Shown here: positions 25,009 to 38,654 of the stretch, piece by piece | How positions within the stretch are numbered: the stretch's first letter is position 1 | Layout: each line of letters opens with the position of its first letter | Assembly (NCBI GenBank): GCA_043228905.1 | Contig: JBHGNT010000011.1 | Span: 5,642,001 to 5,706,000, forward strand | DNA: 64,000 nt | Direction of reading: 5' to 3' | From: Azolla caroliniana | Lineage: Eukaryota; Plantae; Polypodiophyta | Notes under the pieces: generated by a model | The model's database searches: none | The model's input: the letters and a program-made list of their open reading frames with translations, nothing else | Told to the model about the DNA's origin: nothing | Made by a program: the position numbers and the translations under genes

Positions 25009-26446
25009 TTATCACGATGTGAGTCATGAGTGTCTTCTCCATCCGTCGAGAAGACTTAGTTAGAAACCCACGACTCATGAGGCCTTATCTACCTATCCAA
25101 AAGGCCCTCACCTCAATCCGTTGAGGTGGTGTGTTGTGGTTCTACTCATGGAACCCCTCAACACAATGGATGTGCTACAATGGGTGCCTTCTCTACCCGT
25201 TGCGAAAGGCCCTCGCCTCAATCCGTCGGGGTGGTGTGTTGTGGTTCCAATCACAAAACCCAACACATTGTATGTGTTACAATTAGGAGCACAGCCTCAT
25301 ACTTATTGATGCTCCTAAAAATTGGGAAATTGGTTGCTACCAAGGAAACACCACAAGCAAATTCCTTACATCCAACTTGGGTCCAAGACATCTAGAAATG
25401 GATGGAATGATGAAGAATAGTTGGATATGCACATCTAGCAATAGCAAGGGATAAAACTTGAGATCAATCACAACCCTCAACCCAACCTCATAGTTGGACA
25501 CACATCAACAAGAGAGTGAGGCATACCATCACACTGATGGGCAAATGCTCACACGCTTTGAAAATGGAAACTAGCAGTTGGCTGAAGATTGAGTAGAAAA
25601 GGAGCTATATGACCTATGTTTCCTCAATCTACTAGAAACAGGGGAATGTGTTGAAATGCCTTCGCGAATGAGATATCAAGCCTGAGTTTCAAGGAATTCT
25701 CTTAGGCTCGTACCTTCCAAGAACTCACAATGATGGAACAATTGCAGACCACATTAGACATGCTTTTTGCTCCTTTGTTTAACCAAAGAACAAAACTCAT
25801 GAAGGATGAAAACAATGAAATTCAGAAACGAACTTAGTTTTTATTTAGCTTTTTGTTTTTGTTTTTGTTTTTGTTTGACCGTGTTCAAATCACCAAACTA
25901 CATAGCTGGCAAGAGTGCTTTGTAATGATTGTTGAGTTCCCATGAGCATTAATACAGCATCACCATGTCCCTTCTTTTCTGTAATCATATTGTTCAATGT
26001 ATATACAAAACTACAAATACACACCCATAATGTTCATATTGTCAAGACATCAAGGAAACATCATTTGTTGTGAGTTTCGATAAAGAACAAAGAGTTTTTC
26101 TGGTGACAAAATGTCCAGAAGATTGAGAACAAGGACAGATATAAGCTTTATCTCTTCAAGTGGTGGGCATTAGTGCAGAGGATTTGACATGTGGCCATAA
26201 AAATTGCTACCGAATGTCCTCATTTATGATTTCAGAAGTATTACTACATTGAAGAAAATTTGCCTTCACATTCAATAATAATTAGAGGTAAAAACGAAAT
26301 TCTGATAGCCAAGTACATACCTCTTGCATTGACTGGAAAGCTAATAGTCTAATAAAACAATGTCCAGTCATAAGATTAAGCCACAGCTGCATATATTTAT
26401 TTCCATGATTAGACTAAAGAATAATTGAACCTAGGGAATTGCTTTG

Positions 26447-29400
26447 TCATTGATCCTCATTTGGGAAATCCTGAAAATGCAAATAAACATCAGCATGGAG
26501 ACCATAATCACCAAGAAAAGATGGTTTCACATACTCATCATAAAAAGATAGTCTCAATAAACCAGTAAAAAAGCATTTATACCTTGTATAGAAGGTCGTG
26601 AGAAAGTACATCCCAAGGTAGAGAGAGAGACATCAAACAACAACGAAGTGGAAGTGTTTCTGCATTGCTTTTAGCACCCGTCGATGCAACATATGTTGCT
26701 GCCAGAGAGGCTGCAAAGGCTGCTTTGCGCATGATTGTTCCGAGCCTTGCTGCACCTTTAGCCTTCCATGAAGAAGCAGCCTCCGGCATCTGCTGGGTAT
26801 TTTGATCTGTCCAAATTTCACCTTTCTGTAAGGCCTGAAAATTTTCATAGTTCCTAATATTACAGACACACTTCCCACTTCTTGATCTCCTCATTCTAGA
26901 GCTAGAGCTTAAATCTCTTAATCTTTCTCACTCCTGAAGCCGAATCCTTCTAAACTAAGTATCCAAGTTTTAAGAGTTCTATTTTAAGTACTTGGACCAA
27001 TTACATGAAGTTGATCATGTTGCCAATAATCAAGTGTGTGGCTTTGTTTACTTGCATTTTCAAATCCTTTAACATGTGATGAAGTCGTAAAGTAAGGTAT
27101 ACATAGCTCAATTATTGCTGAGAAGTAAAGCTCACTTGAGTGATTGACAATAGTGCTAGTAAGCTTAGAGACATTTTAACACCTGCACCTACCCACATTA
27201 GGGTAGGTCTTGTTCTACCCTTGCTTAACAATGATCCCAGGGTAGAGAGGTGACTCCATCAGAAGAAATCATAAAAATCCATAGTAGTCACAACCAAGAG
27301 TCCTAGTTTCCATCATTGAATATGCGAAATCTTTCTAACATAAAGGAAAAGTAAAATGGGTCCCACAAAAAAGGGAGCATTGACAACCATCATTTAGAAC
27401 CTCAAAAAGGAATTGATAACTCGTATTGAGATTAAGGTGAAACTTTTGAAGATATTCCACATGTATACACTATTATATGTTCCAGAAATCATTGCAAAAT
27501 TTGAACGAGTAGTAAAACAGCTATATTCTATCCAAATATATGTTTGATGAGTGTTCATATTAACCTGGAAGACCAGATACAGACACCTCAAGTTCACCGC
27601 GTCCACCAGGACCATGCATAATCAGACGTTCTGAACGAGCAGATGAGGATCCTGTAAGCAGAAAATTGCCAACTCGTAGCCTCCCCCCTGAATATAAATG
27701 TCAATTGAATGGTTGATAAACATGTTACTTACCATTTCCAAACAATAAGAGTGTTGCATAAATAATGTAAAATAATGCAGCATGAAATCAGGTTAAGGAT
27801 ATGTCTCAATATCAATACTCTGTAAAAATACATCATAATTTACTTGGCATACCCTCAAAAGCAGACCGCACCATATCATACCCAACAAAACCTGAGAACA
27901 ACGTCAGCTGAAAAAGAATTGCCCAATGAGTCAAATTTAGGCAAACACAAGTTGTATATCAACATCAGAACTCTCTCATGTACCAGCATCATTCCAACAC
28001 CTATTGTATGTGAGTCCAGATATGAAAGAGCTATGATGCGATGAATGTTACTAAATATATCATATATAACTTGAAGATTACAGATCCCAAACACTATGCT
28101 AAGAGCAATTCCACAAAAAGGTGGTATGATGAGAACCGTTTAGAAACAAGAAAAACACTCAAAAAAACTACTGCTTGCAGAGATCTTTGATCAAGATTCA
28201 AAATGATACTGAGAGAGCTAGACAATCATTCCAAACAAGCATTCTTACCATCATTGAACAATCTTAATTTGGTACCTGTGGAGCATTGCTACATTGAGAC
28301 ACTCCTAGCAAATAATTTTCTGGACTTATTCTTTTATTCACTTGCTCTCTGGAATCCTCATGCGAAAAGGCAGCTCCACCATTTGCATTCAGAAACACAC
28401 AATAGCAATGATCTGGCTCTACCAAAATCTATTTAAAAATAGAAGATTCAATGATAAAATACATCAGAGATGAAATAATGGTTTATAATTGTCCAAGAAA
28501 CTGAAAGCACTAAGATAAACTTATAGCAAAGGAATCCTAGATCTACATAAAATTTTACAAGAGAGCTAGTTACAGTTCACACATCATGCGTGCTTCATGC
28601 ATTGGAGAATGGAGTTCTTCTCAATTTTCCACCCCATCAGATTGCCTTTCTCTATCTCTTTAGAAATTATCAAATGAAGTAAAGTACATAAGCTGGATAC
28701 AGGGAAGTCGTAAACTACATTTGAGCAGAACAATATATCTACAGTTTCCTATTTACTTGGTAAAAATATGGTCAATCTCTTTTTTTGGGAAAATCGTTTC
28801 GCTGTGCTATATGGTGATGTGTCAGCACCCATTAATTTTTGGGTCTCTAGGCACTGTGGCTTATGGTTGCCTTTCAATATATCTCTCTTTATTTTAAAAA
28901 CTACAGGATATGACAGAATTTAGATTCTCGTAGATCATTATCTTCTTTTAATGCAATATAGCAATGTTAGTAAATGATTCTTCAACCTCTCATCTTTGAT
29001 AGTGTTCATTTTGTTTTCGATCTCAATGTTTAACATATGTTTACTATAAGCAAAATACAATTTACGTCAAAAAAGTTTAATTATTGCTAACAATGCATAT
29101 CATCAGAGAACATGGAACATACCACTTCCTCAAATGTGTCATCATAATCATCAACCATAAAACATATATCTGGATATGCTGGTACAGTCTCAAAACCCTA
29201 GTAAATAAAACAAACTTATTGAGAATATAAGTATATCATTTTATATTACTGAATAAGAGAAATTAATTAACCAAGATACAAATTGGCTATTTCCAAAATG
29301 GTTTTCCTAAATTCATAATATTAAAATGAATATAATTCTGGTTTCAATATATTACCTTTGACATGTCTGTGTGGAAATTCACCCTACTTGGAGAAGCATA

Positions 29401-31160
29401 TACTGTCTTTGAGACCTAAATAGTAATAAAAATGCTTAGATTCAATATTCAAGGCACAGTTGGAACTCAAAAGATGGAAACCAAAATTTTAACTAATGAC
29501 ATTGCAGTACACCAGCAGGATGAGACATTTGGTTTGATCGGGTGTATCTTTTCTTATTATTGACACTTTTGTGGCCTTAATTCTAAGAACAAATATAATG
29601 GAAAAGGGATTTCTTTTACAAATATAAGTGCAATCTTGCGCTACAAGAGAAGTCCGTCTCAATTAGTATAGATTTTTTTAACCACTTAATGTATGGTGTG
29701 GATTTGACACCCGTAATCCTATCATCAGAATGCTATACCACACTGATTAGAATGCCTAAATGGTGAGTTTCTTGAGGAACTTTTTAGGTTTCAAATTCCT
29801 TTGGAAGTGTTTACTTGAGAAGATGGATAACTTATAAGCTATAACCTACGTGGTTAAAAGTAAACAAAAACAAAAACAATGACGGCAAGGTCAAAACCTG
29901 CTCACTTGGTATAGTGGACCAAGTTGTGGGTTTCCGCTCCTATTTCGATTCTGCAATGCTTCGCGCCTTCTCAAACATATGACAAATATGCTTAGCGAAT
30001 CAGAAAAAGCATAACCAGATCATTTCCAAATAATGAAAACATACCTGCAAATTGCGACCGTCAATGTGTATGATGTGTGAGCTATCATATTGAGATACAA
30101 TGAGCGTCGCCAATCCACTTGATTTGCACTATCACCAATCACCTTTTCAAGCTGTGCAAGAAGTACAGCATCAAATTTTCATATCCAGCTAATGTTTGGT
30201 GCAATAAGCCAAATGTGTGTCAAAAGAAGCTTATGAAACATATAATGATAATGTTTTATCAAAAATGAATATTTCTGTAAAGCTTTAAGTTATCCATCAA
30301 AAAATGATGGTATGATTCATGAAAACCAAAAGGCTTTAAATTTAAGCACATGCAATTTTTGAGAGACAATTAATTCACACTTTTACCCATATCCAATTTG
30401 AGTTTTCCAAATAATATTCTTGCCTTGAATCCCCCTACCCCTATTTTTATAGAAATTTTTAATGCCGCAAAGTTTGGCAGACACATGATAGCCATGTTAT
30501 AAAAAGTAAAGAGGTTATTGCACCAGTGTGAAGGACAGTACATGTACATGTGCATTGAAATGTTAAAGGTTATCAAAAAGATCCAACATGTATTAAATCA
30601 GTTAAGCTTTGCATCGGAATTGACGAAGACATACTTGGGGTGCCCATCTGCGGACAAAATAAGGTTGCACATTATGGTCACTTGGATGATCAACCTACAT
30701 AAAGCATTAACTATTAGGCTTTTTTTCATCATCTGCTGACATATATCTTGAGGAAAGGGTAAAAAATAATACAATACCTCGTGCTGGACAAAGAAAACCA
30801 GATCATCACCTTGGGTCTCTTTTAGATCAATCATCCCCTTGACAAAAAACATGTCCAGTAATTCCCTCCAGAATCGCATGTCCAAGTCATCATCTTCTTC
30901 ATTATTCCCTTCACCACTGACCAGGCGGTTCTTCAGGAAACTTGAATGCTTTCTTACTATGCTAAGTAGCTCATCTCTGGAGAAAGGGCACAAAAACACA
31001 CTTTTCTACTAGCCATATATTGAAGTGTATAAAAACAATATACTGTTGGGTTTTCAAAAAAGCAAAAACACAAAAAAGGCTGAACTTTCCGTGAAGGCGT
31101 TTTGTATAAGAAGGGCCTTGATGACGATTGCCGAAGCTCTTTGTCCACAATTTGTTCCAT
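26447..31160 (-). CDS. DUF2045 / KIAA0930-like conserved uncharacterised protein (multi-exon)
   Basis: Exons read manually: 31160-31090, 30976-30778 (DELLSIVRKH..DDLVFFV), 30694-30635 (PYFVRRWAP), 30151-30045 (VDWRRSLYLNMIAHTSY), 29966-29906, 29415-29356 (KTVYASPSRVNFH), 29197-29123 (PAYPDICF), 28428-28276 (DHCYCVFLNANGGAAF), 27907-27853 (LTLFSGFV), 27687-27565 (GPGGRGELEV), about 26822-26583 (LRCCLMSLSLPW; acceptor uncertain), 26470-26447. Family assigned from recalled plant homologue motifs. Confidence 0.85.
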
Positions 31161-32128
31161 CTCAGTAATTCTTTAATGGAATCATTACAGAAGAAAACCT
31201 CTGAAAAGTAGATAAAATCCAGACCATATCATATATAAAGCAAGACCGATCACTCAGATTCTTCACATAAAATGTTGCATAAAATTGTTGCCATTTTTCT
31301 GAAGGGTTTTCTTCTTTGAAACCAGCTTACCAGAAGTTTTTCTTAAGTTTGGAGTACTTAGGTTTGCTGGACACATTATGCATAAAGTTGAGTAAATTTG
31401 TCCGAATTCATGTAAATGATACCAATTATTGTAAAAGTTTCTTAAAAATTTTACACCACTTACATTTGCTTTATAATATATATCTGCCGTACACCTATAA
31501 ATTTGTACTGTCTTCTGTTTGCTTCACAGATGGCATATATATTGTGTGTGTGCGTGTATGCATGTCTATATGTATGCACATGCTTTATTACAAAGATCGG
31601 GATAAATGTTATCTGAATTTTGGGATAAATGTTATCTGAATTTGTGTCAGTATTGAAATGTTTTCCAAATGATACATAAACAATATACACATACATACAT
31701 GAATCCCTTTATCGAAGTGTTCTAATTGATAAATCCAAATGCATACATACATAGCTATGTATGTACGTATGCAATATGTATGTATCAATTGTCCAGATTT
31801 ATCCGCATTACGGTACTGTTTTACTAATTTGCGCACCAATATTTTCGCTCTGAGAACTTCAGAACAAGTTTATCTGCCCTTGGATGATACATACCAGTTT
31901 CTTTATCTGTAAGTGTGGACAACGAATCGATGGGGGAATGCTACAGATCTGTTACCGAATCCATCATCGACGAGGTACAGACAGGATCAAAGTAGACGAA
32001 ATAAGCGATGAGTACGGCAAACAAGATGAACTCGAAGAGAGCAAGGAAAGAAAAAGAGATGAAATGGAGAGAGGCAAAGAGTGAGAAGGAGCAGTGCATG
32101 GACCGGGGATCAATAAGCTATGGAACAA

Positions 32129-32530
32129 AGAAAGAAGAAGAAGAAGAAGAAGAAGAAGAAGAAGGTCATATTGGATGAACGTGGGTTCTTCCCACTTCCT
32201 TCCTATTCTATTGGTCATGAGGGTCGGATCGGGTCGGGTCGGGTCGGGTCTGGCCGAGTGGTGGGACCTCATCTAATCTGGTCTGGACTGGTTGATTCGA
32301 GTCTAGCCTGATCTGCTCTCGTCTTCTAATTGAGTCGGGTCTAGTTTGAGAGTCAAGCTTGGCCTTGCCTTGCCTTCCATGGTCTGGTCTGGTCTGGTCT
32401 TGGAATTGAGTCGAGTCTGGTTTGAGAGTCATATAGTCTAGCTTGGCCTTGCCTTCCCTTCCCTTCCCTGGTCTGGTCTAGTCTAGTCTAGTCTAGGGTC
32501 GAGTATGGTCTAGTCTAGCTTGTTTGGTCT
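32129..32530. repeat. (AAG)n plus pentamer repeats (GGGTC/TGGTC/TAGTC) upstream of the DUF2045 gene
   Basis: Directly visible low-complexity tracts. Confidence 0.8.
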
Positions 32531-32913
32531 AGGGTCCAATCTTGTCCAATCTAGCTTGGGCCTCATCTCATCTCGTCAACGAATCGATTCTAGTCTGGTT
32601 TGCCATCGCCTCATACTAATCTCACAGTCTTGAATCTTGCCTAGCCTCTATCTTTGATCTTCTCGCCCATGGCTCTAATGCCCTCGTTCTCGATCGTGCC
32701 CGCATATATTCATCTATGATCTTGCCTCCTCCTTGCTTTCAAGGGTTTCTGCCTCAATTTTGATGTTCTCTATCTAAGCTCTAGTTCTTGGTGATCTTGT
32801 TCATAGTCTTGACTCTTATGCTTCGTAAAGACAAGACAAGTCTAATATGACAATCTTAATTGGATGATCAAATACCTATTCAAATCCTTTCTTCCTTTTT
32901 TAGGTTTCTTTTT

Positions 32914-33360
32914 TGTTGAGAATCAAACTCGACTTCCCTTGTGTGGGAACACAATCTAGGATGCTCAAGTGTGTGAACATCCCACCTCCTCATATAGTAA
33001 CTAGTGTGTCATAGAAGTTAATGCCCTATCACACATATTCAGTAAGTAGTTAATACTCCACCTCTGTCCCAAGAGGTTGTTCTAGTGAGAGAACTTAGAG
33101 AGAAGGTTGGTTCATTCTTTATAATTGTTAATACAATTTTTTTGTTTTCTCTCTCTCTCATAATTATCTTACCCTAGTGGTAAAAGTTGTTAGCACTACA
33201 AGCACTACGTTATGGGTTCGAAACCCAACTTCCACACCTCTCTATTATATACTTCTTATATATCTCTTAATTCATTAGATGCCATTGTGGAATGTAAGGG
33301 TTGAACCCATGACCACCTAGTCTCCATTGGGCAACCTTACCAACTGAGCTACATCCATCT

Positions 33361-33418
<58 letters not shown>

Positions 33419-36400
33419 TTTACATGGTATCAGAGAGATTGGTAGGCTGATCCAAGCCCATCCTCACGTATTGTGTATACACCAACGTTCACAAAGAACC
33501 GATTGATCGTTGTAGCAACAACCTACACAAATCGTATCAAGTGAAACAAAAGAATGAAACTAGCTCCAAACAAGTCCTATCAACATGAACACTCCGATGG
33601 GAAGCACTCTTCCTATAGAGAAACTCGATAGAAACAACTTCACATCATGGGAGTACAAGATGCACCAATACCTTGTTGGTCAAGGCTATTGGAGCTACAT
33701 TGAAGGAGCACAAGAAAATCAACCCAACCCAGCACATGCCAACCACCCAACTTGGGAGCAAGCGGTGAGTCGCGTGTTGTATTGCCTTGCATCCCGTGTC
33801 CATGATCACATGCTCGACTACATCTGAGAGGCCAAAACGCCAAAAGAGGCGTGGGGGAACCTCAAAAAGATATTCACAGCCAACACAACCGTGTGAAAGC
33901 TTCAACTTTGACAAGAGTTGAACAACATACAACAGAGGGATCTGTCAATCGACGGCCACACCTTGAAGATCAAGGAGTTGTGCGACTCCTTTGGGTCGAT
34001 CAATATCAACATTGACGATGACGAAATGGTGCAGATATGCCTCAGTGGCCTAGCACCCCGGTTTGGCGCAATAATGTCGGTTGTCCTCGCGAGGAAGAAT
34101 CCTCCCTCCTTCTTTGATCTCTAATCGATGCTACTAGTCGAAGAAAATCACATTCGAACGAGGAACAATGTGCAAGAAGGACACATGCTCTATTTGAACT
34201 CGGATGGAGGAAGGGGACAAAGTCATGGAAGAAGAGGTTGATTTGGCCAAGGCCATCACAACCAAAAACAACCCCGCGAACAGAATTTCTACTACCATCA
34301 AGACGTTGCAAACACGCGTGGTGGAACGTCTGGAAGAAGGGGGAGCAATCATGTCGAACCTAGCCAACAAAACAACTATGTCCAATGCGAATAGTGTGGC
34401 AAATTTGACCATTATGAGGTAGAGTGTCGGAAGAAGAAGAGTGAGTCGACCTTCATAAGCCGACAATTTACTAACCACGCCTCAAATTCCGACTATGATG
34501 ATCGTGGCGGAATGTTCATGATGTGGCATACGAGCGAATTCGATGACGGCATCGTGCCCGACCAGCACCTCTAGTTCATAAAATGTATGGTTTGTCGACT
34601 AGGGTGCATCCAATCACATGACGTCAAATGAAGATTGGTTTCAAGAAGTGTGAAAGCCCGAACAACCCAGCTATGTGGAAACAGGGGATGACACAATTCA
34701 CCCCATTTAGCATGTCGGTAATGTCCCATTCGGGGAAGCGGGCAACCAAACCTGCATCAAGAACGTCTTGCATGTCCCAACTATAACGAAGAACCTAGTC
34801 TCGTGAGCCAAATTGTCGAATATGGCATGCAAGTTTGTTTCAATGACGTAGTGTACTTCACCGAAAAAGAAGGTCGAATTATTGCTCACGGTCGAAGAGA
34901 ATGTTGAATGTTCATCCTTGATTCTCACGAGATGAAATCGGCAATGTTTGCCAAGGGCCATAGAGCCAACGCCGAAATAGAGTTGTGGCACAAAACAATC
35001 GGCAACCTCAATCTCCAGAGTCTCAAAGGAATATTGTAGAAAGGAGTCGTCATCGGACTCCCGACCTTTACCGAGAAGGTTATTGTAGGTGTGTGTGAAG
35101 CCTGCCAGATCTGCAAACAACACCGACAATCGTTCCCAAAGGAGAGGAACATGAGTAAAAAAACCTTGGATGTGATACATTCATATGTGTGGGGACCAGC
35201 CCAGACGACAATATTCAGTGGTTTCCGGTATTATGTGACGTTCATCCACGACTTCTCCAAGCACACATGGATATTCCCTATGCGGTAGAAGAGTGAAGTG
35301 TTTTCACACTTCCAAAAATTTAAAAACGAAGTCCAAAAGGCAACCGATCGACACGTCTGATGCCTTCGATCGGACAGTGGCAAAGAATACTTCTCCGACG
35401 TCTTCATAGCATACCTCTGACAAAAAGGAATCCGGTGGGAGTTTACTTACCGACATAGCTCAACTGAACGGAGTAGCCGAACAAAAGAACCGGCACATAC
35501 TCGAGGTAGCAAGGGCGATGATGAATGAGAAACATCTGCCAAAATCGTATTGGGCTGAAGCGGCGAACATGGTTGTCTATCTAGTGAATCGATGCACAAC
35601 TATCCGGAGTGCACGATATTACCCCCCACGAGAAGTTCTATGGAAAAGACGTTGGACCTATCCAACGTCAGGATATTCGGCTCTATCGCATTCATACATA
35701 TTCCCAACGAAAAGCGGCAAAAGCTAGATCCCAAGTTAGAGAAATGTATCCTAATAGGGTACTCACTCGAACAAAAGGGGTATACGTGTTTCAACCCCTC
35801 CACTAGGACGGTACACATGACTAGGGATGTCGTATTCGACGAATCGGCATCCTGGTACACAGTCGACTCATCTCTATCCGATCCAATAGAAACTAATTTC
35901 GATATAATAGACTCAGAGGAGGAGGATCAACTAAGTCTCACGCTAGAGGAGAGTCCAATCTCAACAAATTGAGTGCATCACAGGAGCCACTAAGAGACCA
36001 TAGCACGTCGCGACCAAGTCCGAAATTGGACAAAGGAAAGGCCAAAACGCCTGAGTACGAAGACTCGGATGGAAAGGAATTGGCTCACTCACTCGACAGT
36101 GAGTACGGTGGATTGGATGTTCCTAGCATGAGGACACTAGGGGCCAAGAAAGTGTTCACGAAGACAAGTGAACCACCACATCGCTCCACCAGAGAAAAGA
36201 ATGCAATTAGCCGATTCGACGACGATTACATGGCATATCATTATGCCTTTATGATGAAGGTGGCAACAATTTGGGAATTGGAAAACTTTCTGAAACCGTT
36301 ATGGACCCGTAGTGAGTCGAAGCGATGAATGAGGAGATGCACGCAATCTCCAAGAACGAGACATGGGATCTTGCCCCGATTCACACCACCAAAAGGCAAT

Positions 36401-36425
36401 TGGATGCCAGTGGATATTCAAAGTG
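32914..36425 (+). mobile_element. Decayed Ty1/copia (5' LTR, PBS, gag-PR-INT, start of RT; truncated)
   Basis: LTR 32914-33424 (TGTTGAGAATC...TTTACA). PBS TGGTATCAGAG at 33425. gag MGSTLPIEKLDRNNFTSWEYKM and INT motifs. AMNEEMHAISKNETWDL..IGCQWIFKV ends abruptly near 36425. Confidence 0.88.
33170..33356. other. Two convergent tRNA-like (A-box/B-box) modules inside a copia LTR
   Basis: + copy: TAGTGGTAA...GGTTCGAAACC...TTCCACA (33170-33236). - copy: GGATGTAGCTCAGTTGGTAAG...GGTTCAACCC..TTCCACA (33356-33286). No canonical anticodon arm was found. Confidence 0.6.
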
Positions 36426-38654
36426 GCTAGGTTATTTAATTTAACTTAAATGCTTATTTAATTTAATGTATTTTTGTTTATTTAAACGTTGAATTAGTTT
36501 GATTTAAATGGCTAGCTTTAAATTTGTTATTAAATGGTTTGGTTTGGTTTCAACTTTTCCCTAAACGGTTTGTTATAAATATTTGAGAGTTCACAAACGG
36601 TTTGGTTTGGTTTTTATTTTATGTAAATGGTTCAATTTCTTTTCCTTGAAACCAAACCGTGCCCATTACTACTAATTGATAGGATGGCACAAAGAGTCAA
36701 GCTTTCTAACTAATACTTTTGAAGTCAGTTCTTCATGGTACCTAACAAAACGGCCTAAGGCTAGGTGGGAGTAGAAAATATAAAAGTAAATGTAGAAGGG
36801 AGACGCTTACTCGAGACCCAACAAGAAAGAAAGTTGATTGACATTGCCAAATTCATTTGACCTACCCATCCTATTTAAGTACTCAAATGCTCCTCACCAT
36901 CCCATATCTATGTGAGGACTAGAGTAATCTGATTTCCCTTGATGTAGGTAGTCAAACTGGAGAAGACACCTACTAAAACCCAAAAGCCACAGTGAAACGA
37001 AAATATTACACTTGCACTAACTAGTTATTTGACCATATTTCTAGTTAGCTTCATTGACATTGCAAATACGACACCATATTCATTTATTTGTTAGTTTGTT
37101 CAATCGGGGAAAATAATTGACCGTTCAATCATATGTATGTGCGGAAATCACAATGGCCAATTTTTGTATGTTTCTTCAAGGAAGAAATAATTCTATCCTC
37201 TCTTCCCAACTATGAATAAGGATCCACTAAATCAATAAAGCATAGTGTGCATCGACACTAGTTCATGCATATTTGTCTTGCAAGATGTATACAATACAAA
37301 TATATATATAGTTCCAGCTACCACATCAATGAAATTTTAAAACTTGTTTGCACATCTTCAAATTATTACAATCATTCTATTAATGAAATATTGCTTACAT
37401 TGTTGACAATCCATCGAATGACTCTAAAATCCATTCAACAAAAGTCTCTTTAACAAAATGTTGCACGTCATATATTTCATAGCTTGATGAATGATTCGAC
37501 CATCAAGTTGAGATCATACCCACAATAGTTTGAGAATTTTCTTTTGGTTTGAGAGATGTTTTACACGCCCCTCTTATTTCATAAATGATGAATTCTTACT
37601 TCAACAAGCAACGTGGGGAAGGACTACTTTAATCCGACTGACACAGAAACATGAGATCCAAAACATAGTGCATTGATATTTCATTTTCCTATAAGTCTAC
37701 TAATGTCCCATCAAATCATCAATACATAAAAGTGTTGAAACCATGCTATTCTCATCATTGATTAATCATCCATATCCATCCAAGTTCACACATGAACCAT
37801 GTCAAAATATGTATTTATGCACAACAAATATCCAATGAACTCATCAATATCTGCTTTCTCTTTATTGCACATGGTACTTGGTTCATTTAAATGAATTTCT
37901 AATTTTTCTTTCTTCATTCTTTTTAAACAAGGCTTAAGAATTCACCATTGTCTATATTATTGCTCCATCTTTTGCCTGGGTTAGTGTTCTATATTATAAA
38001 CATATTCATTTCTAATCTCTTCAAGCCACGGACATCAATAAGAAACAAAACACATAAAGACAATTCTCATCAATCCCCAAGTGAAGCAACACGTTATTAC
38101 TTATAGGGTAGCATAATAATGCACCTTACCAAAGCCAAAAGTTTCAACAACCATTATCTCTATTGACAAAGAAAGATTACATGACAATAGACTGGTGTAA
38201 TCTAATATGGTTAAGCTCAGTAGTCAGGGCAGGGCCTAGGGTACAGTACATTAAACCCTGTCTGTATTCTCTCAGCAGAGCAAATGACAGTCAAAATACA
38301 CATACACTGTAACTAGCTTTATATGACAAAAAGAAAATAGCTCAAAAAAGATTTCATCATCTTAAGTTCCTTGTTCTCTCCTCTTCTTGACAGGACAAGA
38401 AGAAAGAGACATTTTGCAATTATAAAATCCCTATGTAAATTGGTTTTTTGGGGGCTTAGGGGGGAGGGCGGTACTTTCTTTTAGATATCCTTAGAAGGGG
38501 ATCTCCTAAAACAGTACTAAAGAACACATTCGTATGACGAAACAAAAAATTGTCCCAAACATTTAAGGCAACAGAGTGGGTAGAAGGCAACTAGAGACTA
38601 TATATGCTTGAGATTCCCAACTCCAAAAAACTGTTTTTGTCTTTGTCTCTCGTC

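Noticed and set aside
27181-27303. Extra exon of the DUF2045 gene
   Set aside because: Each acceptor tried in the required phase gave an in-frame stop.
33170-33356. Genuine tRNA genes (also 49363-49427 and 57829-57896)
   Set aside because: No complete cloverleaf or anticodon arm could be drawn, so these are kept only as tRNA-like modules.
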